This document shows, in pieces, positions 17,098 through 25,318 of a DNA stretch of 32,000 nucleotides. The notes beneath the pieces were generated by a model. It was not told where the DNA came from and did no database searches. It was given only the letters and a program-made list of their open reading frames with translations. How positions within the stretch are numbered: position 1 is the stretch's first letter; each line of letters starts with the position of its first letter. The DNA is from Candidatus Saccharimonadota bacterium (GTDB taxonomy: Archaea > Micrarchaeota > Micrarchaeia > Micrarchaeales > Micrarchaeaceae): NCBI GenBank assembly GCA_963705375.1, contig OY970071.1:810001-842000 (forward strand), written 5' to 3'. The position numbers were made by a program, and so were the translations under genes.

Positions 17098-17347
17098 TCC
17101 AGAACCCCGGAAATGCGCCTCGCCACAGCTAGGCCCGAACCAAGAAGAAGCGCCGCTTTACGGCACAGGTTACCTACTTGTATGGCGCAGGTATGCGCAA
17201 CTTTCCTGAATGGTATGCCCACCAAGAATATTTATACCTTACTATAATATTTAGTATCAAGATAAAATTTAGTGGACTTATGTAAACTTTAAATACTTTT
17301 GCGTGCATAGTATACTGCTGGAGGTATCCAGCGAACCTCGAAGATGC

Positions 17348-17375
17348 GCCTGCGCTACGGCGCAGGCTTTTGTTT
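17348..17375 (+). terminator. GC-rich hairpin followed by a T-tract (terminator-like)
   Basis: GCCTGCGC-tacg-GCGCAGGC forms an 8-bp stem with a 4-nt loop and is followed by TTTTGTTTC on the + strand. It sits in the apt-proximal non-coding region. Confidence 0.35.
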
Positions 17376-17400
17376 CTATTATAGAAGGCTTGCACAACGA

Positions 17401-17925
17401 TTAGTATTTTATCAGACTAAATATGTCTGATTTTCCAAGTTTTTCGGGGCCTTTGTCTGTGAGTTCCAAAACAAATGCAAAGCCTACCACGTTCGCGCCC
17501 ACGCTCTTCAAAAGGTCTGCGGCTGCCTTGGCGGTGTCCCCTTTCTCTATTGCATCATCACACACGACCACACGCTTTCCAGGATCTATCGCATCCTCGT
17601 GCATTTCTATCGTGTTGTCATCACCGATAGCCCAGCTTTTGCTTACAGTTTTGCGCGGCAGCAGACCTTTCTTCCTGATAGGCACAAACCCACAATCCAA
17701 CTCTTTAGCGAGCGACGCGCCTATAACAAATCCAAGCTCCTCTATGCCTGCAACATAGTCGACTTTCTTGTTCCTGAAATGGTCTGCAAGCTCTTCAATG
17801 CATAGCGCAAAAGCTTTACCGTCTTTCAGCAACGGTGTGATGTCCCTAAACACCTCTCCATTTTTGGGATAGTCCCTTATCTCTACTATTTTGCTCTTAA
17901 TTAGGTTCTCTACTCTTTTGTCCAT
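17401..17925 (-). CDS. apt: adenine phosphoribosyltransferase
   Basis: Matches the APRT pattern: IRDYPKNGEVFRDITPLL, YVAGIEELGFVIG, GFVPIRKKGLLP, and the PRPP loop VVVCDDAIEKGDT. Confidence 0.85.
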   Translation of the reverse strand: MDKRVENLIKSKIVEIRDYPKNGEVFRDITPLLKDGKAFALCIEELADHFRNKKVDYVAGIEELGFVIGASLAKELDCGFVPIRKKGLLPRKTVSKSWAIGDDNTIEMHEDAIDPGKRVVVCDDAIEKGDTAKAAADLLKSVGANVVGFAFVLELTDKGPEKLGKSDIFSLIKY

Positions 17926-17950
17926 TGTATCTACCAGACATCTAATATTA

Positions 17951-19207
17951 TCATGATTCGAACAGGCTGCGTTGCCCTGTGCTTATGGCGGTGCTCTTGC
18001 CTTTGTTTCTGGATAACAGGTCCAGCTTGCCGTAAACGCCAGCATAGCCGGGTTCCATCCGTATGCGTCCGTTTCTCACGTTTTCAATGGCCTGTGCAAC
18101 ATCCTCTCCGGCCACCTCTTTTATTGCTTCTGCGCTGGCTTCTATCAGGACCTTCATCTCAGTGCCGAACGCCCCGACGAGCTTGTTATACTCTTCGCCG
18201 ACCGCCACAGAATACTTTGTCTTTCTAAACACATAAGCAAGCACTTCCAAGAGTGGCACGCTGCTTATGAACGGTATCGAGTTGTTTGGCACAAAACCTA
18301 CCGGCCTGTCCGCAAGATCATTTACCCTATGCAGCACGCCAATCACAAGAGGCTTTCCACACACCCTGCACTTTGTTATTCCGCTCGCAGGATTGACCGA
18401 GAATCCGCACTCCCTGTGGCCATCATAGTGGTACTTGCCCTCTTCAGGATAGAATTCCACAGTCTTTTTGAACCTATTTGCGTCTTTGTCCTTTATCGCA
18501 TCTATGACGTTGCGGTATGATTGCTCTTGTATGTCAAACACACACACTTCCCTGCCCATGTTTCCAAGCGAGTGCATGTCACTTCCAGACACGAGCGCAT
18601 ACTTGTCTAGTTCAGATATGCGCCAGTTCATGTCAGGAGAGCTGCTCAATCCGGTTTCCAGCGCGTGTATGTGCTTTTCCTGGTCTTCATATGCATCTTT
18701 AACGGCATCGAATCCTGATATCGAACCGAGCACGCCGTAATAAGGCGTCCAGGCGTGCGCCGGAAATATGAAAGCGTTCTGCTCTGCGTTGAACAGTGTT
18801 TCAACAAGTTCTGCGGAGCTCATCATCAGTATCGGACGTCCATCACTTTGCATGTTGCCGTATTTTTTCAACGCGGTTGAGAGAGCCTCCGCAGCCTCAA
18901 TTCTTGGCAGAAGTATGCAGTGGTGGACCTTCTTTGCAGCACCTTTGTAATATGATATCGTGCAAAGTTCCGCGCCGAGCACGAACGCCACAGAATTGTC
19001 GCCATTTTTTGGATAAAACAAGCCTTTACCGCGATCCTCCAGATCCCTCTTGATTTCGTTCAGCCATTCCGGGTGCAGTATGTCTCCTGTTGATATGAGT
19101 CCAATGCCTTTGCTCTTCGCAGTGGCAACCATGGTGCTTATTGTTATCTGCGCGCTGCAAGCTCTTGCAAACCTGGAATGTGTGTGAAGATCTGCTATTA
19201 CTTCCAT
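17951..19207 (-). CDS. endoQ: endonuclease Q (PHP-fold deaminated-base endonuclease)
   Basis: Colinear with my recollection of Pyrococcus EndoQ: ADLHTHS, STGDILHPEW, VHHCILLP, DGRP, PAHAWTPY, ALETGLSSSPDM, SGSDMHS, GKYHYDGH, a Cys-containing zinc region (CRVCGKPLVIGVLHRVNDLADR), and GYAGVYGKL. Confidence 0.8.
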   Translation of the reverse strand: MEVIADLHTHSRFARACSAQITISTMVATAKSKGIGLISTGDILHPEWLNEIKRDLEDRGKGLFYPKNGDNSVAFVLGAELCTISYYKGAAKKVHHCILLPRIEAAEALSTALKKYGNMQSDGRPILMMSSAELVETLFNAEQNAFIFPAHAWTPYYGVLGSISGFDAVKDAYEDQEKHIHALETGLSSSPDMNWRISELDKYALVSGSDMHSLGNMGREVCVFDIQEQSYRNVIDAIKDKDANRFKKTVEFYPEEGKYHYDGHRECGFSVNPASGITKCRVCGKPLVIGVLHRVNDLADRPVGFVPNNSIPFISSVPLLEVLAYVFRKTKYSVAVGEEYNKLVGAFGTEMKVLIEASAEAIKEVAGEDVAQAIENVRNGRIRMEPGYAGVYGKLDLLSRNKGKSTAISTGQRSLFES

Positions 19208-19864
19208 TCAATACCTCGTAGTGACGCCGTTTTTCGGGCACATGCTGCTGATAGGGCATTTGCTGCAATACGGCACCGCCTGACATATTGCCTTTCCGTG
19301 CGCTTTGAGCACATATGCGAAGTTGTGCCAGAGTTTCTTGTCTATGCTTCTCATCAAGTCCTGCTCTATTTTCTCAGGGTTCTTGTTAAAGCTGAGACCA
19401 AGCCTGTATGACAGTTTTATGACCCACGTGTCTACAGGTATGCCCTCGACTATTCCATAAGCATTGATGAGTATGGTGTTGGCGGTCTTCCTTCCTATTC
19501 CTGGGAGCTCAGTAAGCTGCTCCATAGTGTTCGGTACCTTTCCGCCGTACTTTTCTGTGATGGTCTTGAAGGTGCTTATCATGTTCTTCGCCTTGTTGCC
19601 CGCGAACGTAACGCTGCCTATGTCTTTTGCTAGCTTCTCAGGGTCGGAATCAGCGTAGTCTTTTGCAGTCTTATACTTAGCAAAAAGCGCAGGCGTGAGC
19701 ATGTTGACCGTTTCGTCTCTGGTTTGTGCGGATATTATTGCAGCAGCAACAAGGTCGATTGGCGTCTTGAAGTTCAGGTAGTAGTGCACGTCTTTGTAGG
19801 AATTGCTCAGATTGCCAGCAAGCTCTGAGGCCTGCTTGCTATCGAGGAGCCTTGCGGCAGACAT
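19208..19864 (-). CDS. nth: endonuclease III (HhH-GPD DNA glycosylase/lyase with 4Fe-4S cluster), copy 1
   Basis: HhH-GPD motif LPGIGRKTANTIL...VDTW. Cluster motif C-x6-C-x2-C-x5-C (CQAVPYCSKCPISSMC). Its stop codon abuts the EndoQ start codon. Confidence 0.88.
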   Translation of the reverse strand: MSAARLLDSKQASELAGNLSNSYKDVHYYLNFKTPIDLVAAAIISAQTRDETVNMLTPALFAKYKTAKDYADSDPEKLAKDIGSVTFAGNKAKNMISTFKTITEKYGGKVPNTMEQLTELPGIGRKTANTILINAYGIVEGIPVDTWVIKLSYRLGLSFNKNPEKIEQDLMRSIDKKLWHNFAYVLKAHGKAICQAVPYCSKCPISSMCPKNGVTTRY

Positions 19865-19901
19865 AAATTACCCTTTGAATGAATGGTATTTATCGGTATG
19901 T

Positions 19902-20546
19902 ATGTTGGAAAAGAAAGCGTACATCAAAGAGGTTCTGAGGCTTCTAAAGAAGAGGTACGGGACCGAGCTGCAGACCACGTTGGAGCATTCGAATCCATGG
20001 GAGCTGCTGGTGGCCACTATTCTATCCGCTCAATGCCAAGACGTCCAAGTCAACAAAGTGACAAAGCAGTTGTTCAAAAGGTATGCAAGCGTAGCCTCGT
20101 ACACAAAGCTGAGGCCTCAGGCGCTTTATCCATATATAGGAAGCCTTGGCCTGTACCGGAACAAGGCCAAGAATATCATCAAATCCGCCAATGTCATAGT
20201 GAAAGAATTCGAAGGCAATGTCCCGTATTCGATGGAGGAACTCGTTAAGCTTCCCGGCGTTGGTAGGAAAACCGCTAATGTTGTGCTTTCAAATGCGTTC
20301 AGAATAAACGAGGGGATAGCCATAGATACACACTGCGTGGTTGTGTCCAACAGGCTTGGGCTTGCAAGGACTAGTAATCCTGTGAAGATAGAAAGTGTCC
20401 TGATGCAACTTTCCCCGAGCAGCGAGTGGCGGAACATAAACCACCTATTCATTGCGCTGGGCAGGGATGTTTGCACCGCAAGGCGTAAGTATTGTGATAA
20501 ATGCATTCTGAACAAAATATGCCCTTCCAGTGATATGAGGAGATAG
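19902..20546 (+). CDS. nth: endonuclease III, copy 2 (divergent paralogue)
   Basis: From the internal ATG at 19902: MLEKKAYIKEVLRLL..., LPGVGRKTANVVL...IDTH, and CTARRKYCDKCILNKIC. The listed ORF start at 19803 overlaps copy 1 and is unlikely. Confidence 0.88.
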   Translation: MLEKKAYIKEVLRLLKKRYGTELQTTLEHSNPWELLVATILSAQCQDVQVNKVTKQLFKRYASVASYTKLRPQALYPYIGSLGLYRNKAKNIIKSANVIVKEFEGNVPYSMEELVKLPGVGRKTANVVLSNAFRINEGIAIDTHCVVVSNRLGLARTSNPVKIESVLMQLSPSSEWRNINHLFIALGRDVCTARRKYCDKCILNKICPSSDMRR

Positions 20547-20547
20547 A

Positions 20548-21234
20548 ATGCGCGCGTGCCTTTTCAGCGGAGGCAAGGACTCAACTCTAGCCGTGCATAG
20601 AATGCACGAGAACGGCAAGGACGTGGAGCTTCTTCTGACCGCATTCTCCAAGAATGATTACAGTTACATGTTCCACACTCCGAATATTCGTCTATCTTCG
20701 ATGCAGGCCGAGTCACTTGGGATCAAACAAGCAACATTCGACACTGAGGGCATAAAAGATGAGGAACTCATTGACCTGGAGCGTGCGCTGAAAGAGCACG
20801 ATGTCACAGAGCTTGTGACTGGTGCTGTAGCAAGCAACTACCAGAAAGCAAGGATAGATGCGATATGCAACAAGCTTGGCATATTGCACGTATCTCCCCT
20901 GTGGCACATTGATCCTCTTGAGGAATTAGGAGAAATCTCAAGAAACTTCAATGCGATAATAATGCAGGTGTCTGCAGAGGGCTTTGACGACAGCATGCTG
21001 GGCGCAAAGATCGATGCGAAGATAGTAGAGAAGCTTGTTGCGCTGAACAAGAGATATGGCATAAATATGCTGTTCGAAGGCGGCGAAGCAGAAACATTCG
21101 TTCTGGATGCCCCGCTGTTCAAGAAAAGGCTCGAAGTGGTGGCTTACCACAAGGAATGGTCCGGTATGACTGGCAGGTATCTCGATAGACAAGCTCAGGT
21201 TCGTAGACAAGTGACCTTTACAAAGGGATTTTAG
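20548..21234 (+). CDS. PP-loop ATPase of the MJ0570/DUF71 family (diphthine-ammonia ligase, Dph6-like)
   Basis: N-terminal SGGKDS PP-loop. Family-typical segments (VTGAVASNYQKARID, PLW, FEGGEAETFVLDAPLF). Starts 1 nt after the nth copy 2 stop. Confidence 0.7.
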   Translation: MRACLFSGGKDSTLAVHRMHENGKDVELLLTAFSKNDYSYMFHTPNIRLSSMQAESLGIKQATFDTEGIKDEELIDLERALKEHDVTELVTGAVASNYQKARIDAICNKLGILHVSPLWHIDPLEELGEISRNFNAIIMQVSAEGFDDSMLGAKIDAKIVEKLVALNKRYGINMLFEGGEAETFVLDAPLFKKRLEVVAYHKEWSGMTGRYLDRQAQVRRQVTFTKGF

Positions 21235-21259
21235 TCTGCATGGTAGATACTTATTGCAC

Positions 21260-21331
21260 GGGCCTGTGGTCCAACGGCTAAGATGCCAGCCTTACACGCT
21301 AGAGATCGGAGTTCGACTCTCCGCAGGCCCA
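21260..21331 (+). tRNA. tRNA-Val: tRNA-Val (anticodon TAC)
   Basis: Acceptor stem GGGCCTG/CAGGCCC. Anticodon loop CT-TAC-AC, with one C.A mismatch in the anticodon stem. T arm CGGAG-TTCGACT-CTCCG. Length 72 nt. Confidence 0.85.
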
Positions 21332-21336
21332 CCTCG

Positions 21337-21342
21337 TTTTTT
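21337..21342 (+). terminator. oligo-T archaeal terminator after tRNA-Val
   Basis: A run of six T begins 6 nt after the tRNA 3' end. Confidence 0.45.
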
Positions 21343-21537
21343 CGACGTCAAACCGGAATTCGGAACCAAGCATCAGTTTCAAGCACACCGAGCCAAGCAA
21401 ACAAGTTTGAGTTCGGCTCCCCACGGACCCACTAATTTTACCTATCTAGCGTCGTATCTTTTAATTCAGAAATTGGTCAAGAAATACCAGAAAGTCATAA
21501 TTAAGTTTAAATACAGATTGCAACAGAAGTCAATCGG

Positions 21538-23012
21538 GTGTATATGATGGAAAAGACTATATCTGGACGCATATCTTCTGCAGCAGAGATTATAACAACC
21601 AAGGAGCAGTTGGATCTGCCGCTGGAGCACATGAAAAGTGGAAAAGTGCGCGAAATGTACCTCTGCGGTGAAGACAAGATTCTCATTGTAACCACCGACA
21701 GAATATCTTCATTTGACAGAATCCTGGTATCTGAGGATGGCATACCTATTGGCGTGCCATTAAAGGGCAGGGTGCTAAACTGCATGTCAAATCTTACCTT
21801 CTCTCTTACTTCTGACATCATACCGAATCACGTCATCACCACTGATATGAACAACGCGTTCGAGGGCTCAACAAAGTTCCTGAACCAGCTAAACGGCAGA
21901 AGCGTACTCGTAGATAAAGCAGAGCCCATAATGTTTGAGTGTGTTGTGCGGGGCTACTCTATACGGCAGTGCCTTAAAAGAATACAAAGAAAGCGGTGGA
22001 ATATGCGGCATAACGCTGCCGTCGGGTCTTGTCAAGGCCTCCAAGCTCGAAGAACCTATATTCACTCCTGCAATAAAGAACCCGTCCGGACACGATGATA
22101 ATGTGCCATTTGAGGAAATGGAATCCGCATTTGTGCACGCAATTCGGTTCTGAGCTCGGGTCTGAACTTGCACAGGCAATGCGCGAAAAAAGCATCGCAC
22201 TGTATAACCGGCTTGCAGCATACTGTGCCGAGAGGGGGCTGATACTCGCCGATACCAAATTCGAATTCGGGCTTGTTCACAATCAAGAAACTGACGCGGA
22301 TATTCTCAAGCTCATTGACGAAGCAGTCACCCCTGACTCATCTAGAATATGGAATGCTGCAGACTATAGGGAGGGTGAAGAGCAGGCAAGTTCCAACGAC
22401 AAGCAGTTTATCCGTGATTTTCTTGAGGTCGAACTGGGCTGGACTGAAGACCAGCGTAAAGCAGGAGTCCCACAACCACCGATTCCTCCAGAGGTTCTTT
22501 CTGCAGCAGCAGAAAAATACATAAAGGCTTACAGCACGTTCACAGGGTGCCTGCCTGCAATAGTGAGCATAGTGATGGGTTCCAAGAGCGACGGAAAGAT
22601 CGCTGACGAAGCCGGATCTGTCCTTGAGCAACTCGGAATCTGGTTCGGGACTCATGTTATTTCTGCACACAGAACTCCAAAGAAGCTTGCGGCGTACATT
22701 AGTGAGACCAACGCAGATCCTCTGGTCAAGCTTCACATTGCTATCGCAGGTCTGTCAGCTGCACTTCCGGGCGTCGACGCCTCGCAGACTATAAAGCCTG
22801 TTATAGGTGTGCCTGCTGCAGGCGAGCTCAGCGTAGGAAATGGTATCGACGCTATCCTTGCGATGGTGCAGATGCCGCCAGGCGTTCCTGTTGCAGTGAC
22901 GGGCCCTGTAAACTCAGGTAAGAATGCAGGCATATATGCTGCGCAAATCTTGGCGATGGACAATCCATTGCTTCAGTCCAAACTCAGAAGAACGCTCAGG
23001 AAAGACGAGTGA
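21538..23012 (+). pseudogene. purC-purE: SAICAR synthase (PurC) fused to PurE, interrupted by two +1 frameshifts
   Basis: Three consecutive ORFs in three frames together spell one protein. Frame 1 gives GKVREMY, TTDRISSFDRIL and ECVVRGY, running to 21957. Frame 2, from 21959, gives [21 protein letters not shown]...[20 protein letters not shown]. Frame 3, from about 22146, gives GSELAQAMRE...ILADTKFEFG...TPDSSRIW, continuing directly into PurE (IVMGSKSD, SAHRTP, AGLSAALPG, GVPV). Confidence 0.8.
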
Positions 23013-23018
23013 TCCTGT

Positions 23019-24443
23019 ATGGAAAAGAACAACGTGCCCAAATTCGACCTAGTCTCTCCTTCAGACTTTAGGTACAACGTGGAGCAGCTGACGCCATACC
23101 TTTCCGAAGAAGCCTTTGTAAAATACAAATCCATGGTTGAGGCGGGACTGGCACGTGCCTGGGCAAAAAGGGGCATAATCAGTGAAGAAGCCGCAGACGA
23201 GATAGTGGCTGCTTCTGAAAAGGTGACTGCCGCGGAAGTGTATGAAGAAGAAGCAAAGACAAATCACGACATAATAGCGCAAGTCAATATGATAAAGTCG
23301 CATCTGCGCGGCGAAGGCACTGAAGCTGAACTCGCAGTGCACAGGGCCGCTACATCCTACGATATTGTGGATACTGCGAACAGCGCGCGTTACAGGGACG
23401 CATTCTATAACGTGATAATTCCTGACCTGATTGCGCTCGAAACGGCCTGGATAAAGATAGCAAGAGACGAAAGAGACACGCTTCAGATAGGGCGGACCCA
23501 TCTTCAGCATGCCGAGCCTGTCACATTCGGTTTCGCAATGGCGTCTTTCGTGAGCAGATTCGGCGAACGCATACTTCACATAAAGGAGTCAGTGGACAAC
23601 CTGGAGGGCAAGTTCTCCGGCGCTGTTGGGACTTACGGCGCAGCAAGCCTGTTCATAAACGATCCAATAGAATTCGAGAAAGAGGTTTTGGATCAGCTCA
23701 ATCTGAAGCCGACTCAGATATCCACCCAAATAACACAGCCCGAACCTGTGGTTGATCTGCTCCACAGCGTGATAACAAGTTTTGGCGTAGTTGCTAACTG
23801 GGCGTATGACCTGTACAACCTTCAGAGGCCTGAGATTGCAGAGATAGGACAGCCTCGAGGCAGTGACGTCTCCCGCTCATCCACCATGCCAAACAAGGCA
23901 AACCCCGTAGGCCTTGAGAACATAATAAGCCTGTTCAAAGAGAGCATGCCAAATATGATCACAACCTATCTGGACCAGATATCCTTCCATCAGCGTGATT
24001 TGACAAATTCGGCATCACAGCGATTTATCCCGGAAACATTGAACATATTCGATTATGCGATCCGCAGAGCCACAAGAATATCAAGTTCGTTGAGCATCAA
24101 CAAGCACAACATGCAGAAGAACTTTGACATGAGCTCCGGATATGTTACGGCAGAACCTCTTCAACTATTGCTGGCAAGCTATGGCCTTTCAGATGCGCAC
24201 AAGCTCATAGGTGAACTGTCCGATGCGGCTCAATCCAACGGCAGACCGGTGTTCGAATTGGCAAAAGAAGACAAAGACCTATCGAAATATCTCAGGAGGA
24301 TTTCGCCGGAGCAGGCAGAGGTGCTGTCCGATGCCTCAAAATACATTGGCTGCGCACCGCAGAAGGTCGACGAGGTGACTGACTTCTGGGAACAGCGGAT
24401 TCAGGAACTTTCTGCAGAAATAGAACAGGCTCTCCACAAATAA
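23019..24443 (+). CDS. purB: adenylosuccinate lyase
   Basis: Fumarate-lyase family signature SSTMPNKANP. Also GRTHLQHAEPVTFG and ATSYDIVDTA. Length 474 aa. Confidence 0.92.
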   Translation: MEKNNVPKFDLVSPSDFRYNVEQLTPYLSEEAFVKYKSMVEAGLARAWAKRGIISEEAADEIVAASEKVTAAEVYEEEAKTNHDIIAQVNMIKSHLRGEGTEAELAVHRAATSYDIVDTANSARYRDAFYNVIIPDLIALETAWIKIARDERDTLQIGRTHLQHAEPVTFGFAMASFVSRFGERILHIKESVDNLEGKFSGAVGTYGAASLFINDPIEFEKEVLDQLNLKPTQISTQITQPEPVVDLLHSVITSFGVVANWAYDLYNLQRPEIAEIGQPRGSDVSRSSTMPNKANPVGLENIISLFKESMPNMITTYLDQISFHQRDLTNSASQRFIPETLNIFDYAIRRATRISSSLSINKHNMQKNFDMSSGYVTAEPLQLLLASYGLSDAHKLIGELSDAAQSNGRPVFELAKEDKDLSKYLRRISPEQAEVLSDASKYIGCAPQKVDEVTDFWEQRIQELSAEIEQALHK

Positions 24444-24487
24444 CCATAGTAGAAAGAGGTTAAAGCCTGTTCTGCGATTTATGCACG

Positions 24488-25318
24488 ATGCCTGAAATCG
24501 AGGACATTATGGATGGCCTTTCCGGCATGATAACGCGCGAGCAGGCTAAGGAATTGCTTAACAAGAGCTCTGCAGCAAATTTATCTGCTGCAGATACGTC
24601 CCCTGACAAACCTCCCGAAGACATAACAAATGTAGTCGGAGTGCTGGAATTCGTAGAGATGCATAGGAAGCGAGGAATGCTGGGTGGGCTTGGTGCCGAT
24701 GTATTCACTGTGAATTTGCGCGACAGTGTGTACCGAATATTCAATCCAACAAGCTACGCTCATCAGGGTGTGCAGGCTGAAAGAAGGGCTGTGGTTCTAG
24801 GCACTGAAGGGTTTACCATTAAGCTTGTGCTTCGGAGACTCTCGCTGCTCATAGATTCTGGCGCATTCGAGCGTGGCGACACAATACATGTGAGCAATGT
24901 GCTTCTTGACATGCAGAATTGTGAGCTAAAGGAAGGCAAGAACACTTCCGTGCGTAGGATTGCGCCAACAAGACTGGAGAGTGTTATTGACTACGCTGTG
25001 CTCACCGAAGGTATGAAGAACATAGATGTCATAGGGAAAGTTGTTGAAGTGTCTCAGATAAGGCGCATCGATGCGCTGTCCAGCAGCGCAACTATCGCAG
25101 TTGCGGACTGTGTGATTAGCGATCGGAACAGCCAAATCAATGTTTCTATGTGGGAGTCCTCTGCACTTGCGTCATCAAACATTCATGCCAATGACTTTGT
25201 GAAAATAGAGTTCTGCAGCACCAGGATAAGGAACGGGAAATTGGAGTTGTATGCTGGCAACCTGTCAAGAATTGTCGTGAGCAAAACGTTCTCAACTAGA
25301 CTTCGTGCACTTGGCTAA
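24488..25318 (+). CDS. OB-fold protein, RPA/SSB-like (two putative OB domains)
   Basis: The C-terminal half (IDVIGKVVEVSQIRRI...VADCVISDRNSQINVSMWES...NDFVKIEFCSTRIRNGKLELYAGNLSRIV) follows the archaeal RPA OB-fold pattern. A weaker similar unit lies upstream. I saw no zinc-ribbon. Confidence 0.45.
   Translation: MPEIEDIMDGLSGMITREQAKELLNKSSAANLSAADTSPDKPPEDITNVVGVLEFVEMHRKRGMLGGLGADVFTVNLRDSVYRIFNPTSYAHQGVQAERRAVVLGTEGFTIKLVLRRLSLLIDSGAFERGDTIHVSNVLLDMQNCELKEGKNTSVRRIAPTRLESVIDYAVLTEGMKNIDVIGKVVEVSQIRRIDALSSSATIAVADCVISDRNSQINVSMWESSALASSNIHANDFVKIEFCSTRIRNGKLELYAGNLSRIVVSKTFSTRLRALG

Noticed and set aside
16843-17247. 134-aa plus-strand ORF, and an 88-aa minus-strand ORF (16772-17038), both overlapping the 99-aa gene.
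   Set aside because: Both are Cys/Arg/Gly-rich with implausible composition. Only the 99-aa minus-strand frame looks protein-like. Even that call is only moderate confidence.
21395-21432. The tRNA-like 3' fragment downstream of tRNA-Val might be a split-tRNA half gene, as in Nanoarchaeum.
   Set aside because: The T-stem does not pair (TTGAG versus CCCCA). I found no complementary 5' half or GC-rich joining leader in the window. I kept it only as a possible att-like scar.
21443-21456. The 14-nt sequence cctatctagcgtcg occurs twice, at about 21443 and about 28528. Each copy lies about 70-110 nt downstream of a tRNA gene (Val and Trp), which suggested a shared regulatory or att-like element.
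   Set aside because: In a 32-kb window, counting both strands, a few exact 14-mer coincidences are expected by chance (roughly 1e9 comparisons against 4^14, about 2.7e8). The flanking sequence shows no further similarity.
22148-22153. The second purC frame change coincides with UUC UGA G. This is superficially like the prfB-type programmed +1 frameshift at an in-frame stop.
   Set aside because: There is no upstream Shine-Dalgarno-like stimulator. The shift could equally lie anywhere in 22130-22150. A second, unrelated +1 shift at 21958 would also be required. Decay or sequencing error is the simpler explanation.
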